Source: Eledone cirrhosa
Lineage: Eukaryota
Direction of reading: 5' to 3'
DNA: 64,000 nt
NCBI GenBank assembly: GCA_964016885.1
Contig: OZ024744.1
Location: 109,554,001 to 109,618,000, forward strand
The stretch's first letter is position 1; each line of letters starts with the position of its first letter. The position numbers and the translations under genes are program-made. Of the stretch, positions 15,061-29,300 are shown piece by piece. The notes below the pieces were generated by a model. It saw only the letters and a list, made by a program, of their open reading frames with translations, did not search any database and was not told the DNA's origin.

Positions 15061-17309
15061 CAGGGAACTAGAGAAATAATATCAGACTGAACCAATACAG
15101 GGAACTAGAGAAATAATATCAGACTGAACCAATACAGGGAACTAGAGAAATAATATCAGACTGAACCAATACAGGGAACTAGAGAAATAATATCAGACTG
15201 AACCAATAGAGGGAACTAGAGAAATAATATCAGACTGAACCAACAGAGGGACCTAGAGAAATAATATCAGACTGAACCAATACAGGGAACTAGAGAAATA
15301 ATATCAGACTGAACCAATAGAGGGAACTAGAGAAATAATATCAGGCTGAACCAATACAGGGAACTAGAGAAATAATATCAGACTGAACCAATACAGGGAA
15401 CTAGAGAAATAATATCAGACTGAACCAATACAGGGAACTAGAGAAATAATATCAGACTGAACCAATACAGGGAACTAGAGAAATAATATCAGACTGAACC
15501 AATAGAGGGAACTAGAGAAATAATATCAGACTGAACCAACAGAGGGACCTAGAGAAATAATATCAGACTGAACCAATACAGGGAACTAGAGAAATAATAT
15601 CAGACTGAACAGATACAGGGAACTAGAGAAATAATATCAGACTGAACCAATACAGGGAACTAGAGAAATAATATCAGACTGAACCAATACAAGGAACTAG
15701 AGAAATAATATCAGACTGAACCAATACAGGGAACTAGAGAAATAATATCAGACTGAACCAATACAGGGAACTTGAGAAATAATATCAGACTGAACCAACA
15801 GAGGGAACTAGAGAAATAATATCAGACTGAACCAATACAGGGAACTAGAGAAATAATATCAGACTGAACCAATACAGGGAACTAGAGATAGAATATCAGA
15901 CTGAACCAATAGAGGGAACTAGAGAAATAATATCAGACTGAACCAATACAGGGAACTAGAGAAATAATATCAGACTGAACCAATACAGGGAACTAGAGAT
16001 AGAATATCAGACTGAACCAATAGAGGGAACTAGAGAAATAATATCAGACTGAACCAATAGAGGGAACTAGAGAAATAATATCAGACTGAACCAATAGAGG
16101 GAACTAGAGAAATAATATCAGACTGAACCAATACAGGGAACTAGAGAAATAATATCAGACTGAACCAATAAAGGGAACTAGAGAAATAATATCAGACTGA
16201 ACCAATACAGGGAACTAGAGAAATAATATCAGACTGAACCAATACAGGGAACTAGAGAAATAATATCAGACTGAACCAATACAGGGAACTAGAGAAATAA
16301 TATCAGACTGAACCAATACAGGGAACTAGAGAAATAATATCAGACTGAACCAATACAGGGAACTAGAGAAATAATATCAGACTGAACCAATAGAGGGAAC
16401 TAGAGAAATAATATCAGACTGAACCAATACAGGGAACTAGAGAAATAATATCACACTGAACCAATACAGGGAACTTGAGAAATAATATCAGACTGAACCA
16501 ATACAGGGAACTAGAGAAATAATATCAGACTGAACCAATAGAGGGGACTAGAGAAATAATATCAGACTGAACCAACAGAGGGAACTAGAGAAATAATATC
16601 AGACTGAACCAATACAGGGAACTAGAGAAATAATATCAGACTGAACCAATACAGGGAACTAGAGAAATAATATCAGACTGAACCAATACAGGGAACTAGA
16701 GATAGAATATCAGACTGAACCAATAGAGGGAACTAGAGAAATAATATCAGACTGAACCAATAGAGGGAACTAGAGAAATAATATCAGACTGAACCAATAG
16801 AGGGAACTAGAGAAATAATATCAGACTGAACCAATACAGGGAACTAGAGAAATAATATCAGACTGAACCAATAAAGGGAACTAGAGAAATAATATCAGAC
16901 TGAACCAATACAGGGAACTAGAGAAATAATATCAGACTGAACCAATACAGGGAACTAGAGAAATAATATCAGACTGAACCAATACAGGGAACTAGAGAAA
17001 TAATATCAGACTGAACCAATACAGGGAACTAGAGAAATAATATCAGACTGAACCAATACAGGGAACTAGAGAAATAATATCAGACTGAACCAATAGAGGG
17101 AACTAGAGAAATAATATCAGACTGAACCAATACAGGGAACTAGAGAAATAATATCACACTGAACCAATACAGGGAACTTGAGAAATAATATCAGACTGAA
17201 CCAATACAGGGAACTAGAGAAATAATATCAGACTGAACCAATACAGGGAACTAGAGAAATAATATCAGACTGAACCAATACAGGGAACTAGAGAAATAAT
17301 ATCAGACTG

Positions 17310-20300
17310 AACCAACAGAGGGAACTAGAGAAATAATATCAGGCTGAACCAACAGAGGGAACTAGAGAAATAATATCAGACTGAACCAATACAGGGAACT
17401 AGTGAAATAATATCAGACTGAACCAATAGAGGGAACTAGAGAAATAATATCAGACTGAACCAACAGAGGGAACTAGAGAAATAATATCAGACTGAACCAA
17501 TACAGGGAACTAGAGAAATAATATCAGACTGAACCAATACAGGGAACTAGAGAAATAATATCAGACTGAACCAATAGAGGGAACTAGAGAAATAATATCA
17601 GACTGAACCAATACAGGGAACTAGAGAAATAATATCAGACTGAACCAATACAGGGAACTAGAGAAATAATATCAGACTGAACCAATAGAGGGGACTAGAG
17701 AAATAATATCAGACTGAACCAACAGAGGGAACTAGAGAAATAATATCAGACTGAACCAATACAGGGAACTAGAGAAATAATATCAGGCTGAACCAATACA
17801 GGGAACTAGAGAAATAATATCAGACTGAACCAACAGAGGGAACTAGAGAAATAATATCAGACTGAACCAATACAGGGAACTAGAGAAATAATATCAGGCT
17901 GAACCAATACAGGGAACTAGAGAAATAATATCAGACTGAACCAATACAGGGAACTAGAGAAATAATATCAGACTGAACCAATACAGGGAACTAGAGAAAT
18001 AATATCAGACTGAACCAATAGAGGGAACTAGAGAAATAATATCAGGCTGAACCAACAGAGGGAACTAGAGAAATAATATCAGACTAAACCAATACAGGGA
18101 ACTAGAGAAATAATATCAGACTGAACCAATACAGGGAACTAGAGAAATAATATCAGACTGAACCAATAGAGGGAACTAGAGAAATAATATCAGGCTGAAC
18201 CAATACAGGGAACTAGAGAAATAATATCAGACTGAACCAATACAGGGAACTAGAGAAATAATATCAGACTGAACCAACAGAGGGAACTAGAGAAATAATA
18301 TCAGACTGAACCAATACAGGGAACTAGAGAAATAATATCAGACTGAACCAATAGAGGGAACTAGAGAAATAATATCAGACTGAACCAATAGAGGGAACTA
18401 GAGAAATAATATCAGACTGAACCAATACAGGGAACTAGAGAAATAATATCAGACTGAACCAATACAGGGAACTAGAGAAATAATATCAGACTGAACCAAT
18501 ACAGGGAACTAGAGAAATAATATCAGACTGAACCAATACAGGGAACTAGAGAAATAATATCAGACTGAACCAATACAGGGAACTAGAGAAATAATATCAG
18601 ACTGAACCAATACAGGGAACTAGAGAATTAATATCAGACTGAACCAATACAGGGAACTAGAGAAATAATATCAGACTGAACAAATAGAGGGAACTAGAGA
18701 AATAATATCAGACTGAACCAATACAAGGAACTAGAGAAATAATATCAGACTGAACCAATACAGGGAACTAGAGAAATAATATCAGACTGAACAAATAGAG
18801 GGAACTAGAGAAATAATATCAGACTGAACCAATACAGGGAACTAGAGAAATAATATCAGACTGAACCAATACAGGGAACTAGAGAAATAATATCAGACTG
18901 AACCAATATAGGGAACTAGAGAAATAATATCAGACTGAACCAATACAGGGAACTAGAGAAATAATATCAGACTGAACCAATACAAGGAACTAGAGAAATA
19001 ATATCAGTCTGAATCAATACAGGGAACTAGAGAAATAATATCAGACTGAACCAATAGAGGGAACTAGAGAAATAATATCAGACTGAACCAATATAGGGAA
19101 CTAGAGAAATAATATTAGACTGAACCAATAGAGGGAACTAGAGAAATAATATCAGACTGAACCAATAGAGGGAACCAGAGAAATAATATCAGACTGAACC
19201 AATAGAGGGAACTAGAGAAATAATATCAGACTGAACCAATAGAGGGAACTAGAGAAATAATATCAGACTGAACCAATATAGGGAACTAGAGAAATAATAT
19301 TAGACTGAACCAATACAGGGAACTAGAGAAATAATATCAGACTGAACCAATAGAGGGAACTTGAGAAATAATATCAGACTGAACCAATACAGGGAACTAG
19401 AGAAATAATATCAGACTGAACCAATAGAGGGAACTAGAGAAATAATATCAGACTGAACCAATACAGGGAACTAGAGAAATAATATCAGACTGAACCAATA
19501 GAGGGAACTAGAGAAATAATATCAGACTGAACCAATACAGGGAACTAGAGAAATAATATCACACTGAACCAATACAGGGAACTTGAGAAATAATATCAGA
19601 CTGAACCAATACTGGGAACTAGAGAAATAATATCAGACTGAACCAATACAGGGAACTAGAGAAATAATATCAGACTGAACCAATACAGGGAACTAGAGAA
19701 ATAATATCAGACTGAACCAATAGAGGGAACTAGAGAAATAATATCAGACTGAACCAATACAGGGAACTAGAGAAATAATATCACACTGAACCAATACAGG
19801 GAACTTGAGAAATAATATCAGACTGAACCAATACAGGGAACTAGAGAAATAATATCAGACTGAACCAATAGAGGGGACTAGAGAAATAATATCAGACTGA
19901 ACCAACAGAGGGAACTAGAGAAATAATATCAGACTGAACCAATACAGGGAACTAGAGAAATAATATCAGACTGAACCAATAGAGGGAACTAGAGAAATAA
20001 TATCAGGCTGAACCAACAGAGGGAACTAGAGAAATAATATCAGACTGAACCAATAGAGGGAACTAGAGAAATAATATCAGACTGAACCAATACAGGGAAC
20101 TAGAGAAATAATATCAGACTGAACCAATACAGGGAACTAGAGAAATAATATCAGACTGAACCAATACAGGGAACTTGAGAAATAATATCAGACTGAACCA
20201 ATACAGGGAACTTGAGAAATAATATCAGACTGAACCAACAGAGGGAACTAGAGAAATAATATCAGACTGAACCAATACAGGGAACTAGAGAAATAATATC

Positions 20301-23300
20301 AGACTGAACCAATACAGGGAACTAGAGAAATAATATCACACTGAACCAATACAGGGAACTAGAGAAATAATATCAGACTGAACCAATACAGGGAACTAGA
20401 GAAATAATATCAGACTGAACCAATACAGGGAACTAGAGAAATAATATCAGACTGAACCAATACAGGGAACTAGAGAAATAATATCAGACTGAACCAGTAG
20501 AGGGAACTAGAGAAATAATATCAGACTGAACCAATAGAGGGAACTAGAGAAATAATATCAGACTGAACCAATACAGGGAACTAGAGAAATAATATCAGAC
20601 TGAACAAATACAGGGAACTAGAGAAATAATATCAGACTGAACCAATACAGGGAACTAGAGAAATAATATCACACTGAACCAATACAGGGAACTAGAGAAA
20701 TAATATCAGACTGAACCAATACAGGGAACTAGAGAAATAATATCAGACTGAACAAATACAGGGAACTAGAGAAATAATATCAGACTGAACAAATACAGGG
20801 AACTTGAGAAATAATATCAGACTGAACCATATTGAACTAGAGAAATAATATCTGACTGAACCAACATTGAACTAGAGAAATAATATCAGACTGAACAAAT
20901 ACAGGGAACTAGAGAAATAATATCAGACTGAACCAATACAGGGAACTAGAGAAATATTATCAGACTGAACCAATACAGGGAACTAGAGAAATAATTTCAG
21001 ACTGAACCAATAGAGGGGACTAGAGAAATAATATCAGACTGAACCAATACAGGGAACTAGAGAAAAAATATCAGACTGAACCAATACAGGGAACTAGAGA
21101 AATAATATCAGACTGAACAAATACAGGGAACTAGAGAAATAATATCAGACTGAACCAATACAGGGAACTATAGAAATAATATCAGACTGAACCAATACAG
21201 GGAACTAGAGAAATAATATCAGACTGAACCAATACAGGGAACTAGAGAAATAATATCAGACTGAACCAATACAGGGAACTAGAGAAATAATATCAGACTG
21301 AACAAATACAGGGAACTAGAGAAATAATATCAGACTGAACCAATACAGGGAACTAGAGAAATAATATCAGACTGAACCAATAGAAGGAACTAGAGAAATA
21401 ATATCAGACTGAACCAATACAGGGAACTAGAGAAATAATATCAGACTGAACCAATACAGGGAACTAGAGAAATAATATCAGACTGAACCAATACAGGGAA
21501 CTAGAGAAATAATATCAGACTGAACCAATACAGGGAACTAGAGAAATAATATCAGACTGAACCAATAGAGGGAACTAGAGAAATAATATCAGGCTGAACC
21601 AACAGAAGGAACTAGAGAAATAATATCAGACTGAACCAATAGAGGGAACTAGAGAAATAATATCAGACTGAACCAACAGAGGGAACTAGAGAAATAATAT
21701 CAGACTGAACCAATACAGGGAACTAGAGAAATAATATCAGACTGAACCAATACAGGGAACTAGAGAAATAATATCAGACTGAACAAATACAGGGAACTAG
21801 AGAAATAATATCAGACTGAACCAATACAAGGAACTAGAGAAATAATATCAGACTGAACCAATAGAGGGAACTAGAGAAATAATATCAGGCTGAACCAACA
21901 GAGGGAACTAGAGAAATAATATCAGACTGAACCAATACAGGGAACTAGAGAAATAATATCAGACTGAACCAATAGAGGGAACTAGAGAAATAATATCAGA
22001 CTGAACCAATAGAGGGAACTAGAGAAATAATATCAGACTGAACCAATACAGGGAACTAGAGAAATAATATCAGACTGAACCAATACAGGGAACTAGAGAA
22101 ATAATATCAGACTGAACCAATAGAGGGAACTAGAGAAATAATATCAGACTGAACCAATACAGGGAACTAGAGAAATAATATCAGACTGAACCAACAGAGG
22201 GAACTAGAGAAATAATATCAGACTGAACCAATACAGGGAACTAGAGAAATAATATCAGACTGAACCAATACAGGGAACTAGAGAAATAATATCAGACTGA
22301 ACCAACAGAGGGAACTAGAGAAATAATATCAGACTGAACCAATAGAGGGAACTAGAGAAATAATATCAGACTGAACCAATAGAGGGAACTAGAGAAATAA
22401 TATCAGACTGAACCAATACAGTGAACTAGAGAAATAATATCAGACTGAACCAATAGAGGGAACTAGAGAAATAATATCAGACTGAACCAATAGAGGGAAC
22501 TAGAGAAATAATATCAGACTGAACCAATAGAGGGAACTAGAGAAATAATATCAGATTGCACAAATACAGGGAACTAGAGAAATAATATCAGACTGAACCA
22601 ATAGAGGGAACTAGAGAAATAATATCAGACTGAACCAATAGAGGGAACTAGAGAAATAATATCAGACTGAACCAATACAGGGAACTAGAGAAATGATATC
22701 AGACTGCACAAATACAGGGAACTAGAGAAATAATATCAGACTGAACCAATACAGGGAACTAGAGAAATAATATCAGACTGAACCAATACAGGGAACTAGA
22801 GAAATAATATCAGACTGAACCAATACAGGGAACTAGAGAAATAATATCAGACTGAACCAATACAGTGAACTAGAGAAATAATATCAGACTGAACCAATAG
22901 AGGGAACTAGAGAAATAATATCAGACTGAACCAACAGAGGGAACTAGAGAAATAATATCAGACTGAACAATTACAGGGAACTAGAGAAATAATATCAGAC
23001 TGAACCAATACAGGGAACTAGAGAAATAATATCAGACTGAACCAACAGAGGGAACTAGAGAAATAATATCAGACTGAACCAATACAGGGAACTAGAGAAA
23101 TAATATCAGACTGAACCAATAGAGGGAACTAGAGAAATAATATCAGACTGAACCAACAGAGGGAACTAGAGAAATAATATCAGACTGAACCAATACAGGG
23201 AACTAGAGAAATAATATCAGACTGAACCAATACAGGGAACTAGAGAAATAATATCAGACTGAACAAATACAGGGAACTAGAGAAATAATATCAGACTGAA

Positions 23301-26300
23301 CCAATACAGGGAACTAGAGAAATAATATCAGACTGAACCAATACAAGGAACTAGAGAAATAATATCAGACTGAACCAATACAGGGAACTAGAGAAATAAT
23401 ATCAGACTGAACCAATACAGGGAACTAGAGAAATAATATCAGACTGAACCAATACAGGGAACTAGAGAAATAATATCAGACTGAACCAATACAGGGAACT
23501 AGAGAAATAATATCAGACTGAACCAATAGAGGGAACTAGAGAAATAATATCAGGCTGAACCAACAGAAGGAACTAGAGAAATAATATCAGACTGAACCAA
23601 TACAGGGAACTAGAGAAATAATATCAGACTGAACCAATAGAGGGAACTAGAGAAATAATATCAGACTGAACCAACAGAGGGAACTAGAGAAATAATATCA
23701 GACTGAACCAATACAGGGAACTAGAGAAATAATATCAGACTGAACCAATACAGGGAACTAGAGAAATAATATCAGACTGAACCAATAGAGGGAACTAGAG
23801 AAATAATATCAGACTGAACCAATACAGGGAACTAGAGAAATAATATCAGACTGAACCAATACAGGGAACTAGAGAAATAATATCAGACTGAACCAATAGA
23901 GGGAACTAGAGAAATAACATCAGACTGAACCAATACAGGGAACTAGAGAAATAATATCAGACTGAACCAACAGAGGGAACTAGAGAAATAATATCAGACT
24001 GAACCAATACAGGGAACTAGAGAAATAATATCAGACTGAACCAATACAGGGAACTAGAGAAATAATATCAGACTGAACCAACAGAGGGAACTAGAGAAAT
24101 AATATCAGACTGAACCAATAGAGGGAACTAGAGAAATAATATCAGACTGAACCAATAGAGGGAACTAGAGAAATAATATCAGACTGAACCAATACAGTGA
24201 ACTAGAGAAATAATATCAGACTGAACCAATAGAGGGAACTAGAGAAATAATATCAGACTGAACCAATAGAGGGAACTAGAGAAATAATATCAGACTGAAC
24301 CAATAGAGGGAACTAGAGAAATAATATCAGATTGCACAAATACAGGGAACTAGAGAAATAATATCAGACTGAACCAATAGAGGGAACTAGAGAAATAATA
24401 TCAGACTGAACCAATAGAGGGAACTAGAGAAATAATATCAGACTGAACCAATACAGGGAACTAGAGAAATGATATCAGACTGCACAAATACAGGGAACTA
24501 GAGAAATAATATCAGACTGAACCAATACAGGGAACTAGAGAAATAATATCAGACTGAACCAATACAGGGAACTAGAGAAATAATATCAGACTGAACCAAT
24601 ACAGGGAACTAGAGAAATAATATCAGACTGAACCAATACAGTGAACTAGAGAAATAATATCAGACTGAACCAATAGAGGGAACTAGAGAAATAATATCAG
24701 ACTGAACCAACAGAGGGAACTAGAGAAATAATATCAGACTGAACCAATACAGGGAACTAGAGAAATAATATCAGACTGAACCAATACAGGGAACTAGAGA
24801 AATAATATCAGACTGAACCAATACAGTGAACTAGAGAAATAATATCAGACTGAACCAATAGAGGGAACTAGAGAAATAATATCAGACTGAACCAATACAG
24901 GGAACTAGAGAAATAATATCAGACTGAACCAACAGAGGGAACTAGAGAAATAATATCAGACTGAACCAATACAGGGAACTAGAGAAATAATATCAGACTG
25001 AACCAATACAGGGAACTAGAGAAATAATATCAGACTGAACCAACAGAGGGAACTAGAGAAATAATATCAGACTGAACCAATAGAGGGAACTAGAGAAGTA
25101 ATATCAGACTGAACCAATAGAGGGAACTAGAGAAATAATATCAGACTGAACCAATACAGTGAACTAGAGAAATAATATCAGACTGAACCAATAGAGGGAA
25201 CTAGAGAAATAATATCAGACTGAACCAATAGAGGGAACTAGAGAAATAATATCAGACTGAACGAATAGAGGGAACTAGAGAAATAATATCAGATTGCACA
25301 AATACAGGGAACTAGAGAAATAATATCAGACTGAACCAATAGAGGGAACTAGAGAAATAATATCAGGCTGAACCAACAGAGGGAACTAGAGAAATAATAT
25401 CAGACTGAACCAATAGAGGGAACTAGAGAAATAATATAAGACTGAACCAATACAGGGAACTAGAGAAATAATATCAGACTGAACCAATACAGGGAACTAG
25501 AGAAATAATATCAGACTGAACCAATACAGGGAACTTGAGAAATAATATCAGACTGAACCAATACAGGGAACTTGAGAAATAATATCAGACTGAACCAACA
25601 GAGGGAACTAGAGAAATAATATCAGACTGAACCAATACAGGGAACTAGAGAAATAATATCAGACTGAACCAATACAGGGAACTAGAGAAATAATATCACA
25701 CTGAACCAATACAGGGAACTAGAGAAATAATATCAGACTGAACCAATACAGGGAACTAGAGAAATAATATCAGACTGAACAAATACAGGGTACTAGAGAA
25801 ATAATATCAGACTGAACAAATACAGGGAACTTGAGAAATAATATCAGACTGAACCATATTGAACTAGAGAAATAATATCAGACTGAACCAACATTGAACT
25901 AGAGAAATAATATCAGACTGAACCAATACAGGGAACTAGAGAAATAATATCAGACTGAACCAATAGAGGGAACTAGAGAAATAATATCAGGCTGAACCAA
26001 TAGAGGGAACTAGAGAAATAATATCAGGCTGAACCAATACAGGGAACTAGAGAAATAATATCAGACTGAACCAATACAAGGAACTACAGAAATAATATCA
26101 GACTGAACCAATACAGGGAACTAGAGAAATAATATCAGACTGAACCAATACAGGGAACTAGAGAAATAATATCAGACTGAACCAATACAGGGAACTAGAG
26201 AAATAATATCAGACTGAACCAATAGAGGGAACTAGAGAAATAATATCAGGCTGAACCAACAGAGGGAACTAGAGAAATAATATCAGACTGAACCAATACA

Positions 26301-29300
26301 GGGAACTAGAGAAATAATATCAGACTGAACCAATAGAGGGAACTAGAGAAATAATATCAGACTGAACCAACAGAGGGACCTAGAGAAATAATATCAGACT
26401 GAACCAATACAGGGAACTAGAGAAATAATATCAGACTGAACAGATACAGGGAACTAGAGAAATAATATCAGACTGAACCAATACAGGGAACTAGAGAAAT
26501 AATATCAGACTGAACCAATACAAGGAACTAGAGAAATAATATCAGACTGAACCAATACAGGGAACTAGAGAAATAATATCAGACTGAACCAATACAGGGA
26601 ACTTGAGAAATAATATCAGACTGAACCAACAGAGGGAACTAGAGAAATAATATCAGACTGAACCAATACAGGGAACTAGAGAAATAATATCAGACTGAAC
26701 CAATACAGGGAACTAGAGATAGAATATCAGACTGAACCAATAGAGGGAACTAGAGAAATAATATCAGACTGAACCAATACAGGGAACTAGAGAAATAATA
26801 TCAGACTGAACCAATACAGGGAACTAGAGATAGAATATCAGACTGAACCAATAGAGGGAACTAGAGAAATAATATCAGACTGAACCAATAGAGGGAACTA
26901 GAGAAATAATATCAGACTGAACCAATAGAGGGAACTAGAGAAATAATATCAGACTGAACCAATACAGGGAACTAGAGAAATAATATCAGACTGAACCAAT
27001 AAAGGGAACTAGAGAAATAATATCAGACTGAACCAATACAGGGAACTAGAGAAATAATATCAGACTGAACCAATACAGGGAACTAGAGAAATAATATCAG
27101 ACTGAACCAATACAGGGAACTAGAGAAATAATATCAGACTGAACCAATACAGGGAACTAGAGAAATAATATCAGACTGAACAAATACAGGGAACTAGAGA
27201 AATAATATCAGGCTGAACCAATAGAGGGAACTAGAGAAATAATATCACACTGAACCAATACAGGGAACTTGAGAAATAATATCAGACTGAACCAATACAG
27301 GGAACTAGAGAAATAATATCAGACTGAACCAATAGAGGGGACTAGAGAAATAATATCAGACTGAACCAACAGAGGGAACTAGAGAAATAATATCAGACTG
27401 AACCAATACAGGGAACTAGAGAAATAATATCAGGCTGAACCAATACAGGGAACTAGAGAAATAATATCAGACTGAACCAATACAGGGAACTAGAGAAATA
27501 ATATCAGACTGAACCAATACAGGGAACTAGAGAAATAATATCAGACTGAACCAATAGAGGGAACTAGAGAAATAATATCAGGCTGAACCAACAGAGGGAA
27601 CTAGAGAAATAATATCAGACTAAACCAATACAGGGAACTAGAGAAATAATATCAGACTGAACCAATACAGGGAACTAGAGAAATAATATCAGACTGAACC
27701 AATAGAGGGAACTAGAGAAATAATATCAGGCTGAACCAACAGAGGGAACTAGAGAAATAATATCAGACTGAACCAATACAGGGAACTAGTGAAATAATAT
27801 CAGACTGAACCAATAGAGGGAACTAGAGAAATAATATCAGACTGAACCAACAGAGGGAACTAGAGAAATAATATCAGACTGAACCAATACAGGGAACTAG
27901 AGAAATAATATCAGACTGAACCAATACAGGGAACTAGAGAAATAATATCAGACTGAACCAATAGAGGGAACTAGAGAAATAATATCAGACTGAACCAATA
28001 CAGGGAACTAGAGAAATAATATCAGACTGAACCAATACAGGGAACTAGAGAAATAATATCAGACTGAACCAATAGAGGGGACTAGAGAAATAATATCAGA
28101 CTGAACCAACAGAGGGAACTAGAGAAATAATATCAGACTGAACCAATACAGGGAACTAGAGAAATAATATCAGGCTGAACCAATACAGGGAACTAGAGAA
28201 ATAATATCAGACTGAACCAACAGAGGGAACTAGAGAAATAATATCAGACTGAACCAATACAGGGAACTAGAGAAATAATATCAGGCTGAACCAATACAGG
28301 GAACTAGAGAAATAATATCAGACTGAACCAATACAGGGAACTAGAGAAATAATATCAGACTGAACCAATACAGGGAACTAGAGAAATAATATCAGACTGA
28401 ACCAATAGAGGGAACTAGAGAAATAATATCAGGCTGAACCAACAGAGGGAACTAGAGAAATAATATCAGACTAAACCAATACAGGGAACTAGAGAAATAA
28501 TATCAGACTGAACCAATACAGGGAACTAGAGAAATAATATCAGACTGAACCAATAGAGGGAACTAGAGAAATAATATCAGGCTGAACCAATACAGGGAAC
28601 TAGAGAAATAATATCAGACTGAACCAATACAGGGAACTAGAGAAATAATATCAGACTGAACCAACAGAGGGAACTAGAGAAATAATATCAGACTGAACCA
28701 ATACAGGGAACTAGAGAAATAATATCAGACTGAACCAATAGAGGGAACTAGAGAAATAATATCAGACTGAACCAATAGAGGGAACTAGAGAAATAATATC
28801 AGACTGAACCAATACAGGGAACTAGAGAAATAATATCAGACTGAACCAATACAGGGAACTAGAGAAATAATATCAGACTGAACCAATACAGGGAACTAGA
28901 GAAATAATATCAGACTGAACCAATACAGGGAACTAGAGAAATAATATCAGACTGAACCAATACAGGGAACTAGAGAAATAATATCAGACTGAACCAATAC
29001 AGGGAACTAGAGAATTAATATCAGACTGAACCAATACAGGGAACTAGAGAAATAATATCAGACTGAACAAATAGAGGGAACTAGAGAAATAATATCAGAC
29101 TGAACCAATACAAGGAACTAGAGAAATAATATCAGACTGAACCAATACAGGGAACTAGAGAAATAATATCAGACTGAACAAATAGAGGGAACTAGAGAAA
29201 TAATATCAGACTGAACCAATACAGGGAACTAGAGAAATAATATCAGACTGAACCAATACAGGGAACTAGAGAAATAATATCAGACTGAACCAATATAGGG

